Shown here: positions 35,242 to 45,459 of the stretch, piece by piece | How the letters are laid out: the number at the start of each line of letters is the position of its first letter | Position numbering within the stretch: position 1 is the stretch's first letter | Origin: Guillardia theta CCMP2712 | Lineage: Eukaryota > Protista > Cryptophyta | Direction of reading: 5' to 3' | Length of the DNA: 64,000 nt | NCBI RefSeq assembly: GCF_000315625.1 | Contig: NW_005434670.1 | Span: forward strand, 268,237-332,236 | Translations under genes and position numbers: made by a program | Notes under the pieces: model-generated | What the model was told of the DNA's origin: nothing | Database searches by the model: none | What the model saw: only the letters and a program-made list of their open reading frames with translations

Positions 35242-37154
35242 ATGAAGGTGCGGGAGAACGCTCCATACTTGAGCCCAGCCCATTCACTTCGAAGCAAAGC
35301 TCCCGTTGCAAATGCTGCCATGACATCGCCGTCAAAGCCGGGAACGCTTCAACCTGTGGTCACGGCGAGACAGTATCTGGAGCAGGTAATCACCATCGTT
35401 GTGTGTCCTGCACCACCTGAATCTCTCTAGTTGCAATCACCTAGCTCAGGAGGTGTTTCATCCAGCCATCAGAGCCATAGTTATGCCGTAGAAAAGAAGA
35501 CGGTATGTTTCCTTCTTTTCTCTTTCATTCAGGTGACTGGTTTGAAGGCTGCGACGGACGAAGATGAACACGGCCATTTTAAAGTCATCATCGGTTCGTT
35601 GATTGACCAATGTGATGGATTTCCAAGCGGCCGGTGAGAATGTGTTGCTTCGGGGTGACTCTCACAGCAATGTGTGGGGTGTAGATACCGGATAATCAAG
35701 CTGCTCGGCTCGGGAACTTATGGCAAAGTTGTCAAGTGCGAGGACAAGAAGTACAACGCGAGCGTTGCAGTTAAATTGGTGCGCCGAGAGCCTCACCTCT
35801 ATCGAGTTTCTGCCAAGAATGAGATTTCGATCCTTCGGTACAACAAAGTCTCTGTGCGCATTTCCTGAATCCTTCTTGAAGCGACCTCGATGGTCGATTC
35901 GGCACTCTCAAGTTGCTGAGGAGCTTCGAACATCACGGTCATATTTGCATGTCGTTCGAGCTGCTGGGAGACCATTTGAGTGAGGTACTGGCAGCATTCA
36001 AACGTCTCTTCCGAAATGTGTAATCTCCTTGAAAGGTGATCAAAACCAAAGGGCCATTCAAGATCGAACAAGTCAGGGACATTGCATTTCAATTGGCCCA
36101 AGCTGTATCATACGTCCATAGCAAGAAGATCATTCACACAGATTTGAAGGTATTCGTTCAACGGTCGAGGTAGAGTGATGTGACAAATTATTACAGGCGG
36201 AAAACATTCTTCTCATGAGCAATCCATCGGGTGCAGTGTGTGTGAAAGTTGCAGATTTCGGGTCTGCCATTTACAGCTCTGCATGGCATCCTCCATTGGT
36301 GGGAACCATGCACTACAGGTGCTCTGAGTGCATCAAATGCTCGGTATCTTGTGACATGTCTGTCAGGGCTCCAGAGGCTGTGCTTCAGGCTGGTTGGTCC
36401 TATCCACTCGATGTCTGGGCGATTGGATGCTTGATATGCGAGATATACACCGGGAAGGTATGAAGCCTCTGCCTCTATCGGAATTTTTCCTTACACTGCT
36501 TCTTTCTTTCTTGTAGTACTTGTTCGAGCTGGCTCATGATGATGTTCATCTATGGATGATGGATAGACTGCTTGGTCCTTGCCCTCAGGAGCTGCTCAAA
36601 CAGGGATACCAAAATCGGAATCAGTACAATGCCTCGTTGCTTCAGGCAAGAGATGACAGAAACTGAGCGATACCTTGATAGTGATGTAAATTGCAACAGC
36701 GAGGGGGAAATGGTAATGTGCAGTTGGCTCCTTGTCGCAAGGAAGGACAGGAGATGGTGCGAAGCATGCAACCTCTTCGAGAGATGATACACGATCATGT
36801 TCTACTTGACCTGCTTCAACGGATGTTTCATTACAACCCCAAGAGCAGGATGACTGCAGAAAAGGTTACAAGGATGAACCTTGCCAGTCGCGAGGAGTGT
36901 GACAAAGAGTTGCCCAGGCTTTGATGCATCCATTCTTTGATCTGGAAGACGATGAGGATGTTCCTGAAATAAGGTACAGTCACTCGTTGCAGCTGAACTT
37001 TGCTGATAGCTTGCTTTTGACAGCTCAATCAAGCTTGATGGTAGGAGCAACGGCATTCTTTCTTCCTTTGATCTCGACTTTTTCAGACGAGGACCTTGAA
37101 GACGAGAGACATTCGGTGCTGAAACAGGCAGTATCATCTCAGGAGCTCAGGTGA
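35242..37154 (+). CDS. LAMMER/CLK-like dual-specificity CMGC protein kinase, multi-exon
   Basis: [113 protein letters not shown]. Confidence 0.9.
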
Positions 37155-37683
37155 TCGAAACGCAACGTCTTCTTTCCCCGGTCTCAGGCCGAGCATGGCA
37201 GGGCGAAATTGGACGGGCCCTTGGGTAAGTATCACATCGCTGACGGAAACAAGGAAGGAGTGACATGGAGAGCGATCACTCCGTCTGAATCTTCGGTCGC
37301 CAGCACAGGTGCGTTGAATCATGGCATTGGAGGCTCGTGACCTGTTGTAGTGGTTGTTCCCAAGCTAAGATCTGCAGGGTCATCTCAGGACCAGTACAGT
37401 GAGAGGTGAGGCAGTGTTATATGCTGCGAGCTCAGTGACATGCGGTGCAGCGAAACTCTGGATGAGGGAAGCATCACTTCTCAGGAGCAGCTCAACGACG
37501 ACCTGAATCAGTAAATCCGCTGTTGCTCCATGAGGGTGGACACTTTGTACTCTAACTGGACTCCTTATGGTTTGTCTTTTATCAAGCACATGTTAACTCC
37601 GTCTGGTTTGTGTTTTATCAAGCACATGTTAACAGGCTTATCCCATCGTGTCATTCTTCATCTTTCATTCCTCCCAGAGTCGC

Positions 37684-38962
37684 TCAGTGACCTCCGAATC
37701 TCTGATACTCGGATGATTTCCTGCCAATCATTTGTCCCACCTAGGAATAACTCAGAATCTAAGGAAGGAGGTTTATGCCGCTTCTCACCTTGTTCTTGAC
37801 CAGTATCAACATGTTGTAAAGGCCAGACAAAACCTGCGACTTCATCAAACTTACACGCGTTCACTCCGAGCTCCACCTCCTTCCAGAAGTTGAGGTTTGG
37901 CATGGACTCGATGCCAATTTGTGTCCCTGCAGCTGGATCAGACTCTGACAAGCAACCATGCCAATCACCTCTGTACTTGACATTGTACGCACATCCCGCA
38001 ACAGTGTATACGGTGAACAGGATCAAAAACACCTGAACCAAACAGCATCAGTGCTGGTAGTGTAGCATACTCTGCATCTGTCCTTGTCACATGCTCCATT
38101 TCCTCCACCTCCACTTGCTCCGTCTGACCGCGTACTCCCATGCTCCTCCATCTTACCGTGAACCAGGAGGAAGTGAAGCTGCCGGACGAGACGGGGCAGC
38201 CATACCTGACGACAAGGGTAAGGAGCGGCAGAGGAGGGGTCACGATTGTACTTGGATGGCCAAGTGATGCTGAAGTGGCAGTCCTCCTCGAGAACGAAGA
38301 AATCAAGCGGCTTCCCGACTCCCGCATCAGGATCGCAGAAGAACTGTTGGCAAAGTTACAGCCCAAGGCACGGGCAAGCGAACGCCCTGAAGGGTTGGCA
38401 CCTGGATCCTTACATCTCGGGAGCGTCCGCTCTGACATCGCTCCCCATCGAAGTAGTAGAGCTCGATCTGAGAGGAGTGAGATGAAACCCGTCACAAGTT
38501 AAGCTCTCTCACCCCCGCTGCTGGCTCGCTGTCGTCGATGAGCTCCCAGTCCATTCCCTTGAGCTTCCCGAGCCAGAAGCAGTTGTTGTCGTTGGAGACT
38601 TGGAAAACAGGAGAGCGAACGGCCTTCTGCATGGAGACGCAGGCCTCGGGAACCTGATTGGCGTCCCCGCAGACATTGAAATAGTACCTGAGAGGTTTTA
38701 CGTGAGCAGAAGGCAGTTGCAACGAAAGAGATGAAGTCCACATGTTTCCATTGCGATCATCTGCGTACCAATCGCGGACTCTTCAGATAGTTTCAGTAAA
38801 GCTAGAGACAGAGAGCACGATAGTCTACCCTCTGGGTCTCCTCAGGGGAGACAGATCAAACTTGTTCCCATCCGGAAATGTGTGCGTGCATTCGGCGATG
38901 TCGGCAAGAGCAGATTGAGATTCAAGCAGAAGCACCGCTGTGAGGAGGATCCAGGAAGGCAT
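37684..38962 (-). CDS. Cation-dependent mannose-6-phosphate receptor / ATG27-like type I membrane protein (MRH domain)
   Basis: Signal peptide; CTHTFPDGNKFDLSPL, YYFNVCG, CFWLG, ELYYFDGERC, RYGCP; TM then YTVAGCAYNVKYRG-TQIGIESMPNLNFWKE; the cytosolic tail ends SSEYQRFGGH* with a YXXF sorting motif. Confidence 0.85.
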
Positions 38963-39440
38963 TGAGATTCTTGATAAGGAATTTTTCCACCTTGCTCCTT
39001 CTACAAGCGACCCCAACCTGCACAGTAGAGGAGCCATGGTCACAACCTCAGAACAAAATCCGAGAAAAGACGGAGCAGTCTACTAGCGAGAAGAGGAAGC
39101 GCTCAGTCATACAAGTGATGCATCAGCAAGCGATGTGACGTCTCATGATGATGGAGGCTAGAGAATCTCATCGTCTCATGTTCAAATGCTCCGCTCAGCA
39201 TGACGGTATCTCAACTTCGCTCCTCGCACAGCTCACCACTCACCGCGCATGGCGCCTAGTCACCAACGAAGAGTACCCCTCATCTAGATACCGAAGTACC
39301 CCACCAAAATGAACCGTATCAGAGAGGGTGGGGGTACTTTAATCGGAGGGCATATCCCCACAATGGATGGACCTGTGAGGGGGTAGGGGTAGCCCATCAG
39401 AGAAGGGTAGGTCGTTTGTGATCGGGGGCGCAGTACGACG

Positions 39441-40337
39441 ATGGTCAAGGTTGCGGGGGAAGATGGCGAGGGAGGAGCAGGAGGAAGAGATGCAGGAGGA
39501 AGGGAAGACCATCGCACAGGAAGTAGACATGATGCTGATGAAGAGAAGAGGCAGGTTGATCAAGCGGCAGACATCGTGAGAGGTTCCGATGCGGGGATGA
39601 GTGCCTGGGAGAAAGACAAGGTCGATGAGCTACAAACCGTGATATTCGAGTTGAAGAACGGCAAGACAAAGTCTGGGATCCCCATAATCGATCCTCAACT
39701 TCTTGCCATCTCAAGCGTCGTTGGGCGTTTGTTAGTCCTGCAGCTGAAGTCTCCCCGCATTGACGATGGATTGTCAGTTGCTATGGACAGGCGGATTGAA
39801 GAAGCGGTCAAAGAGAGGATTGACTCAAGCAACGAGTCGCTATCAGCCATTGGTGTCATAGCTGCCCTGATACTCTCCATCACAGCTCCCTTTTGTTTCA
39901 ATGCGATCCAGCAGTCTGACATCATCAAAGGAGAGGATGCGTACAAAATATTCCTCCACGAGAGCGATCTGGAAAGACTGCAGTACACGCTTGCAAGCCT
40001 GCTGATTCTATCGGCTCTTTGCAGCGGGCTGAGCGTGATTTCATCTCTGGCGATGTATGTTCATCTCAACAACGTCATGCCGGACGCCAACAGCAAACTT
40101 TGGTTCCTCCGACACGCATGGATGGTCTTCCCGGAGAAGCTCCTGGTCGCCGCCGTCTTCTGCCTGTGCCCGGCAGCGCCTTTGGGGATGATACTCTGCT
40201 ATGGCGACACGATGGGACTAATCTCGCTCGTCCTCTTCGGGGCGCTGGTCCCCCCGTACCTCTGCTGGCAGCTGTACATGCAGATCTCCTGCAGGAGGCA
40301 CGTAGCTCCAAGGTTCGTCGTGATCGGCAACCGTTGA
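39441..40337 (+). CDS. Intronless four-TM membrane protein, PGG-domain-like topology
   Basis: 298-aa ATG ORF with hydrophobic segments SLSAIGVIAALILSITAPFCF, YTLASLLILSALCSGLSVISSLAMYV, LLVAAVFCLCPAAPLGMILCY and MGLISLVLFGALVPPYLCW; family assignment tentative. Confidence 0.65.
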   Translation: MVKVAGEDGEGGAGGRDAGGREDHRTGSRHDADEEKRQVDQAADIVRGSDAGMSAWEKDKVDELQTVIFELKNGKTKSGIPIIDPQLLAISSVVGRLLVLQLKSPRIDDGLSVAMDRRIEEAVKERIDSSNESLSAIGVIAALILSITAPFCFNAIQQSDIIKGEDAYKIFLHESDLERLQYTLASLLILSALCSGLSVISSLAMYVHLNNVMPDANSKLWFLRHAWMVFPEKLLVAAVFCLCPAAPLGMILCYGDTMGLISLVLFGALVPPYLCWQLYMQISCRRHVAPRFVVIGNR

Positions 40338-41355
40338 ACTTCTTGCAAGAGGAGCTCGAAAGCATCGTGAGCAATAGAGATCAGCACTGACACCCAATGA
40401 CGTCACGCATGCTTCACTCAAGGTTTGGCCGCCCCACATTGCTGGAGTTCCGAACTTCGGAAGTTCAATCACTAGCCCGTGACTCGCGCGGCAGTGCCGG
40501 GCTGCCACCGTGATCGGACCAGCCCGAGTCCGATCCCGAGTCCCGGACTTCGGGAGTCCCGGATAAGATAATTATCATTGTGTGTGTGAATCCATGGCAC
40601 TGTGAGTGGTTCCCGGCGAACTCGGACCGTACCGTCCAGGCGGGAGCTCGGCCTCGCCGAGTCCGATCGCGAGTCAGAGTCGTGAGCCAGCGGGCCCAGC
40701 CTGGCAGGCTGGCCGCCGGCGCCGCCGGGCCGGGCCGGGCACTGCGGCAGCCGCGCACGGGCGGTCACCGTGGCCCGGTTTCCGAGTTCACCGCCGCGCC
40801 GCCCGGCCGCACGCCGCCGGTCGGCCGGGCCGATCACGGCACGGAGCCGGGCACGGTACGGTATGATATGTCACCGTCACGGTTTCGAAGGGCCGGCTGA
40901 CTCGACGCCCGGGGGCCCGGCCCGCCGGTACCTTCGGCCGCTACTCAGAACGGCGGTGACTGGCCGCAGTCCGACATTAGTACGGCCCTATTGTGACCGC
41001 CGGTGACTCAAGTTACTTAATGATCGGCCGCCCGGCGACTTTATACTATACCCCGGGCCCGGACCGGTATTTACTAAGTACGGACTTGGCAGGGCCGCGT
41101 GACTCACGCCGACTGTACGGTCAGGCTCCGACGTCGGACGGCCGGGCGACTCAGTGACCGGGCCCGGTTCCGGCGGGCGACGGTCGGACTCCGGCCAGCG
41201 GCCGCCGCCGGCGGCGGGGGCGAGCCTGCCGCCGCGGCGGTGGGAGTCTGCGCTTCCCGGCCCCGGCGGACTCCGTCAGTGGGCACCGGGCCAGGCCGCC
41301 GGGGCCGGCGGTTGCAGCACCGTGCCGCGCGGGACTCAAGTCATGGCATACTGAG

Positions 41356-44300
41356 TTACGGTTCCGAGTCTCTCTCGCAGGGTTGCAGGGAGGTGCGCTC
41401 AAGCTCCGAGACGACCTCGTCAACGCCTTCAATGTCGTCCTCATCCATATCGAGCTCGTACTCGACGATGAGGTTCTTTGCGTCCGGGTGCGTGCTGTCC
41501 ATCCATTCATTGCACCTCTCCCTCAGGTTGATCCAGTCCGGAGGACATTCCCCTGCCCTCCTCCTCCTCCTGTACTCCTCGAGGAGCAGCAGCAGCATGG
41601 GGAAGCGCTGCTGTACGTTCCGGTCATAGATCTGCGCGTAGTTGATGCAGGTAGAGCTCTGCCCCCTCCTTTGGACGAAGATGTCGGCTCCCTCCTCCAG
41701 CAGCATGCGTGCCATCGCCACGTCGTTCCTGTAGGCTGCGTACATGAGCGGAGTCATGCTATGGATGTTCGCCTCCGCCGCACTCCTTCCGTCAAAGTGA
41801 CGATTGACAAGGTTGAATCCAGCTGGGCTTTGTCGCAAGATCCTCCGTAGCTCTTCCACCGCACCAGCCTGCAGGGCAGAGACTAGCGTGTGCGTCGAGC
41901 CCAGCTGGAGGAGCAGCTGTACCGTGTCGGTCAGCTGCAACTTCGCGGCGATCTCGAGAAGGGAGCAGCCGACGAGCCTGAGGTCCTCGGTCGGCCCACG
42001 TGACGAGGCAAGGGGATGGGTGGCTTGCCGACCTCCGATGAAAGCGCTGCTGGGACAGAGCTCCCTGAGGATGTGAGGATGCTCCCCTAGCATCTCCTTG
42101 AGCGCCTGACGAGCTCGCTTGCTCCCGGACAAGACGGTCATGACGAACGCGTCAAACTGCATTCCTATCGCTCCGTAGTGCGGCAGCAGCGCGTCAACGA
42201 CGTCGAAGCGGCGGTACAGAGCAGCAGCAACGATGGGCAGCACAGGGAAGCCGTCTCTACCCTGAAGGCGCGGGGCATTGATGATCCTTGCGACTCGCAT
42301 GGGCTTGGTGAGAAGTTGGGCATCCTCGCGGATCAGCTCCTCCATCCGCTCGATCTCTCCGCTCTGTATGGCCTCCTCCCAGCTCAGCTGCACGGGCAAG
42401 AACCCTGCCAAGAGGCGCTCGAAGCTCTCGCGGTCAGTCTCTCGGTAACTCAAGTCTCCCATCGTCCTCTCAGGCCCGAGGAACTTGCGCAGCTCTGTGT
42501 CGCTCGTTCCTCGGAGGATGCGCGAGTCTCCCTGCCACATCTCAAGCTTCGTGCCCTCGGCTTCCATCTTCTCGTTGTTGCAAACCTTCCCCATGACCAA
42601 TCGCAGTACAAGGCCTGCCGGCTCGCCCTGGGAATCAAGACTCAGCGTTCCCCGCCCGACACCGATCCGTCGATACACAGCTCCATCCCCGTCGTCATCG
42701 TCGTTCGATTGAACGCATACAACATGGAACGAGATCTTGTTGCCCTCCTGCGACCTGTTGAGAGGAAGCATGGTGTATTTGTAGCACATGTCATTGTATC
42801 TCGTGTCCAAATACGTCCAGCGTCCACCAACTTCCGGAAGACAACAAGCTGTCTCCTGCATCACTTGTACAAGCTTTCCGAAGCCAGCGTAAGGAGGGAT
42901 GAGCTGATCGTCGTTGCCCGTGCCAAACTTGACCCATGATTGTCCTTGAGCTACATCGGACGCTTGGCAGGGTTGAAGTCTTCGCTGTACGAGGAGGTCG
43001 GAGTGCATGGTACCCCGGATGGAGAGGTTGATGGCATAGCCCGGTCTCTGCTCATTCCTCGTGGTCGCTTGAGACAGCTCGCTTGCCACGTCACGAAGCA
43101 TCTGGTCGATGTTGCCAGGGAGAGCCTCCTCCGGAAGAACTTCATGTTCACTCGCTCCTCGCTCGAGGATCTTCTCTAGTCGCCACTGCTGTCCTCGCGC
43201 TCTGGGGGGCGCGAGTCTCTCCAGCTCAATGACCATTGCATCGTAGTAGCTTGCTTCCAGCGATGCTCCAAGTCTGTGCAGGCCGAAGCCTATCTCTGCA
43301 TGCTCGCTAGACACGTCCAGCACACCAGCGAAGAGAATCTTGTCTCTGTGCTGTACGAACGAGTAAGCCGTGTCGCTCACCAGCTTGTCCTCCTTCTGCT
43401 TGACCAGCGGCCACAGACTCGTCAGCCCGTTGCGCCATGCGGTGATCAGCTGCGAGCCCTGGGTTACGACTGTGATGTGGTCTGAGACGTAGGTGACTGC
43501 AGATTTCAACTCGATCCGCCAACCACGACGGACAGTGTCTCGGATGAGCTCAAAGCTGATGTCGTCTTCCTGCATGCGCCGAACAGCATGAAAGGTGAGC
43601 TGCTGCCTCAGCAGGTCTGTGGACATGCTTGAGATCGCTGTCCGAGCTCGTTCTGACTTGACATCTTCAGCGACCCGAGTCTGGCTTCTTCCCAGCTCGA
43701 GCTGTTTCTGCATGTTGGAACCGCCTCCTGTCAGGTCCGTCCTTTGAGCATGAGCTTCTTCCTTGAGGAAGTCCTGCAAGCTTACGAAGCCACTGTTGCA
43801 TGCCTGCAGTGCGTCAAACGATCTCCCCAGCTGCCCGCTCAGCTCTCCCTCTCCCTCTCCCTCTGGCTCGGTCCAATCCAATCTGCCACTGCTGAAATTG
43901 ACAACCCAGCCAGCGCTGCTGATCCAGGTTCTCAGCTTGCAGAGGCCATCAGCTGGACCCTGGCTCCTCAGCATCATCTCAGTGTTGTATTCGAGCAAGC
44001 AGCGAAGCACAAAGACGCTGCTCAGTTTCGTCATCTTGAAGATGGCGATGAAGCTTCCAACCTGTACTGCCTCTTCGAGAAGAACGCAATAAAACAAGCT
44101 GCCATTGCCCATGCCCTCCGATTCGCGTAAATACGCCTCCAGAGAGTCCATCCCGTCCGCAGCAGACATAGATGGGTCGTACAATGATTCTACCTCCGAT
44201 TGCCAATTGAACAAGGCATCTTGCCGCGCTTGCTCGTCTGTTATGAAATCGTTCATCAGTGTGCTAAGCGTGTAGTCCAGCATCGCAATGCACAACTTCT

Positions 44301-45459
44301 CTCGAGGTACATCTGCATGGCCCTCTCGTTCCCTCCATTCCTCAAACGACGAGGAAGATATCTTTCCCGCATCGTAAAACTTCTGCACAAGGCCAACGAG
44401 CTCACTCTCAAGTCGGTTGCGCCTCACCAAGGAGTACCAGTGATGAAGCACTGGACGTGACGAGAAGCTGATAAACTGCAGGAAGTAGAGCAGCATCCCC
44501 GAGCACAGCCTCCAGCGCGACTCTTGCTCATGCATGCTGTGTAGGAAGCGCCTGCATGCATCCTTGGCATGGCGCTTAAACATCTCAGCGTCTTCCTGGC
44601 TGTAAGCCACGACAAACACATCCCCTGCTCTTGTTTGCGTCAAGCCTCCTTGCTCGCCTTGCTGGACGACGCCTACAGCTCGCTCCATCCCACTCCCTGC
44701 CTGCTCTACATCGCGTTGGGTCTGATCATCCATGGCAGCTGGAGGAGGTGCCGCATTTTGCCGTCGCATGACGCCATGCTCTTGTCCCCATGCGCGCACA
44801 TCACTAGGCACGCGAGCGAGCAGGTGGCACTGATCACATTTCAGTCGAAGATAATCTCTCACGATCACATCCAGGCAAGAGTTCTGCCCGAGCGAGTAGT
44901 AGAGCTCTTTCGCAATATCAATCGCGTCCTCGTCGCTCACTTCCTTCTCATGGGCGATGATGAAGTCGACATGGCCGCGAAGCTTCTCGGCGATCAGGCT
45001 CGACCAGCACAAGTTGAGCACCACCAGCCGCAGATTCTTGCAATCGAGGATTACTTCTTGCAAAGAGCGTATCAAGTCATCTGCATCAACGCTCTTGCCT
45101 CCCAGGGTCAATCTACCATCTTCAAAGCCATGGCAGGCGATGTGAAGGATGGTTGGCTGTACTCTTGAAATCTCGCGGCGCAGATAAGAAGCATCCTTGT
45201 GGAAGAAGTACTCAAAGTTCACTCCTTGAGCAAGTTCCAATAGAGCACGATCTTTCGCATCAGCGGCTCCTACGACAAATTCCTTTCTCAACTCGTCTCG
45301 CTCCTTCTCCACCTTCAGTCCACTTCGCTCCTTTGCGTCAGCGAAAAACAGCACCCTATGAGGAGCTCGACTGAAAAGCACGTCCTCAGCGCTAGCAGCC
45401 GCATCGGCAACTTCCTGCTGTTTGCAGCAGCTACACAACTGATTGAGATTGTTCGACAT
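41356..45459 (-). CDS. Intronless 1367-aa multidomain protein: CHAT (caspase-like) protease + unknown domain + DUF4258-like module + ankyrin repeats
   Basis: CHAT: RVLFFA..LKVEKERDEL..LRREISRVQPTILHIACHG (His110, codon 45130-45132)..LRLVVLNLCWS (Cys151, codon 45007-45009)..VSDEDAIDIAKELYYSLG. DUF4258-like: LTFHAVRRMQEDDISFELIRDTVRRG..ITVVTQGSQLITAW (~43428-43603). Ankyrin: LPIVAAAL, SLLEIAAKLQLTDTVQLLLQLG, MTPLMYAAYRNDVAMARMLLEEGADIF. Confidence 0.85.
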   Translation of the reverse strand: MSNNLNQLCSCCKQQEVADAAASAEDVLFSRAPHRVLFFADAKERSGLKVEKERDELRKEFVVGAADAKDRALLELAQGVNFEYFFHKDASYLRREISRVQPTILHIACHGFEDGRLTLGGKSVDADDLIRSLQEVILDCKNLRLVVLNLCWSSLIAEKLRGHVDFIIAHEKEVSDEDAIDIAKELYYSLGQNSCLDVIVRDYLRLKCDQCHLLARVPSDVRAWGQEHGVMRRQNAAPPPAAMDDQTQRDVEQAGSGMERAVGVVQQGEQGGLTQTRAGDVFVVAYSQEDAEMFKRHAKDACRRFLHSMHEQESRWRLCSGMLLYFLQFISFSSRPVLHHWYSLVRRNRLESELVGLVQKFYDAGKISSSSFEEWREREGHADVPREKLCIAMLDYTLSTLMNDFITDEQARQDALFNWQSEVESLYDPSMSAADGMDSLEAYLRESEGMGNGSLFYCVLLEEAVQVGSFIAIFKMTKLSSVFVLRCLLEYNTEMMLRSQGPADGLCKLRTWISSAGWVVNFSSGRLDWTEPEGEGEGELSGQLGRSFDALQACNSGFVSLQDFLKEEAHAQRTDLTGGGSNMQKQLELGRSQTRVAEDVKSERARTAISSMSTDLLRQQLTFHAVRRMQEDDISFELIRDTVRRGWRIELKSAVTYVSDHITVVTQGSQLITAWRNGLTSLWPLVKQKEDKLVSDTAYSFVQHRDKILFAGVLDVSSEHAEIGFGLHRLGASLEASYYDAMVIELERLAPPRARGQQWRLEKILERGASEHEVLPEEALPGNIDQMLRDVASELSQATTRNEQRPGYAINLSIRGTMHSDLLVQRRLQPCQASDVAQGQSWVKFGTGNDDQLIPPYAGFGKLVQVMQETACCLPEVGGRWTYLDTRYNDMCYKYTMLPLNRSQEGNKISFHVVCVQSNDDDDGDGAVYRRIGVGRGTLSLDSQGEPAGLVLRLVMGKVCNNEKMEAEGTKLEMWQGDSRILRGTSDTELRKFLGPERTMGDLSYRETDRESFERLLAGFLPVQLSWEEAIQSGEIERMEELIREDAQLLTKPMRVARIINAPRLQGRDGFPVLPIVAAALYRRFDVVDALLPHYGAIGMQFDAFVMTVLSGSKRARQALKEMLGEHPHILRELCPSSAFIGGRQATHPLASSRGPTEDLRLVGCSLLEIAAKLQLTDTVQLLLQLGSTHTLVSALQAGAVEELRRILRQSPAGFNLVNRHFDGRSAAEANIHSMTPLMYAAYRNDVAMARMLLEEGADIFVQRRGQSSTCINYAQIYDRNVQQRFPMLLLLLEEYRRRRRAGECPPDWINLRERCNEWMDSTHPDAKNLIVEYELDMDEDDIEGVDEVVSELERTSLQPCERDSEP
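41398..42393. repeat. 996-bp inverted repeat, arm A (ankyrin end of the CHAT gene)
   Basis: Reverse complement of 46780-47775; one mismatch seen (41732/47441, Tyr->Cys). Confidence 0.97.

Noticed and set aside
37160-37530. Ankyrin-like scraps on the minus strand (VVVELLLRSDASL, DSDGVIALH)
   Set aside because: Too short and discontinuous to support a call.
37553-37635. Two-copy ~36-bp tandem repeat (also 15-bp x3 at ~16043-16085 and 16-bp x2 at ~18606-18637)
   Set aside because: Ordinary slippage duplications in UTR or intergenic DNA with no further structure.
40465-41354. Many Arg/Pro/Gly-rich ORFs in the GC islands (also 17223-17836 and 32991-33406)
   Set aside because: Expected by chance from stop-codon scarcity at very high GC.
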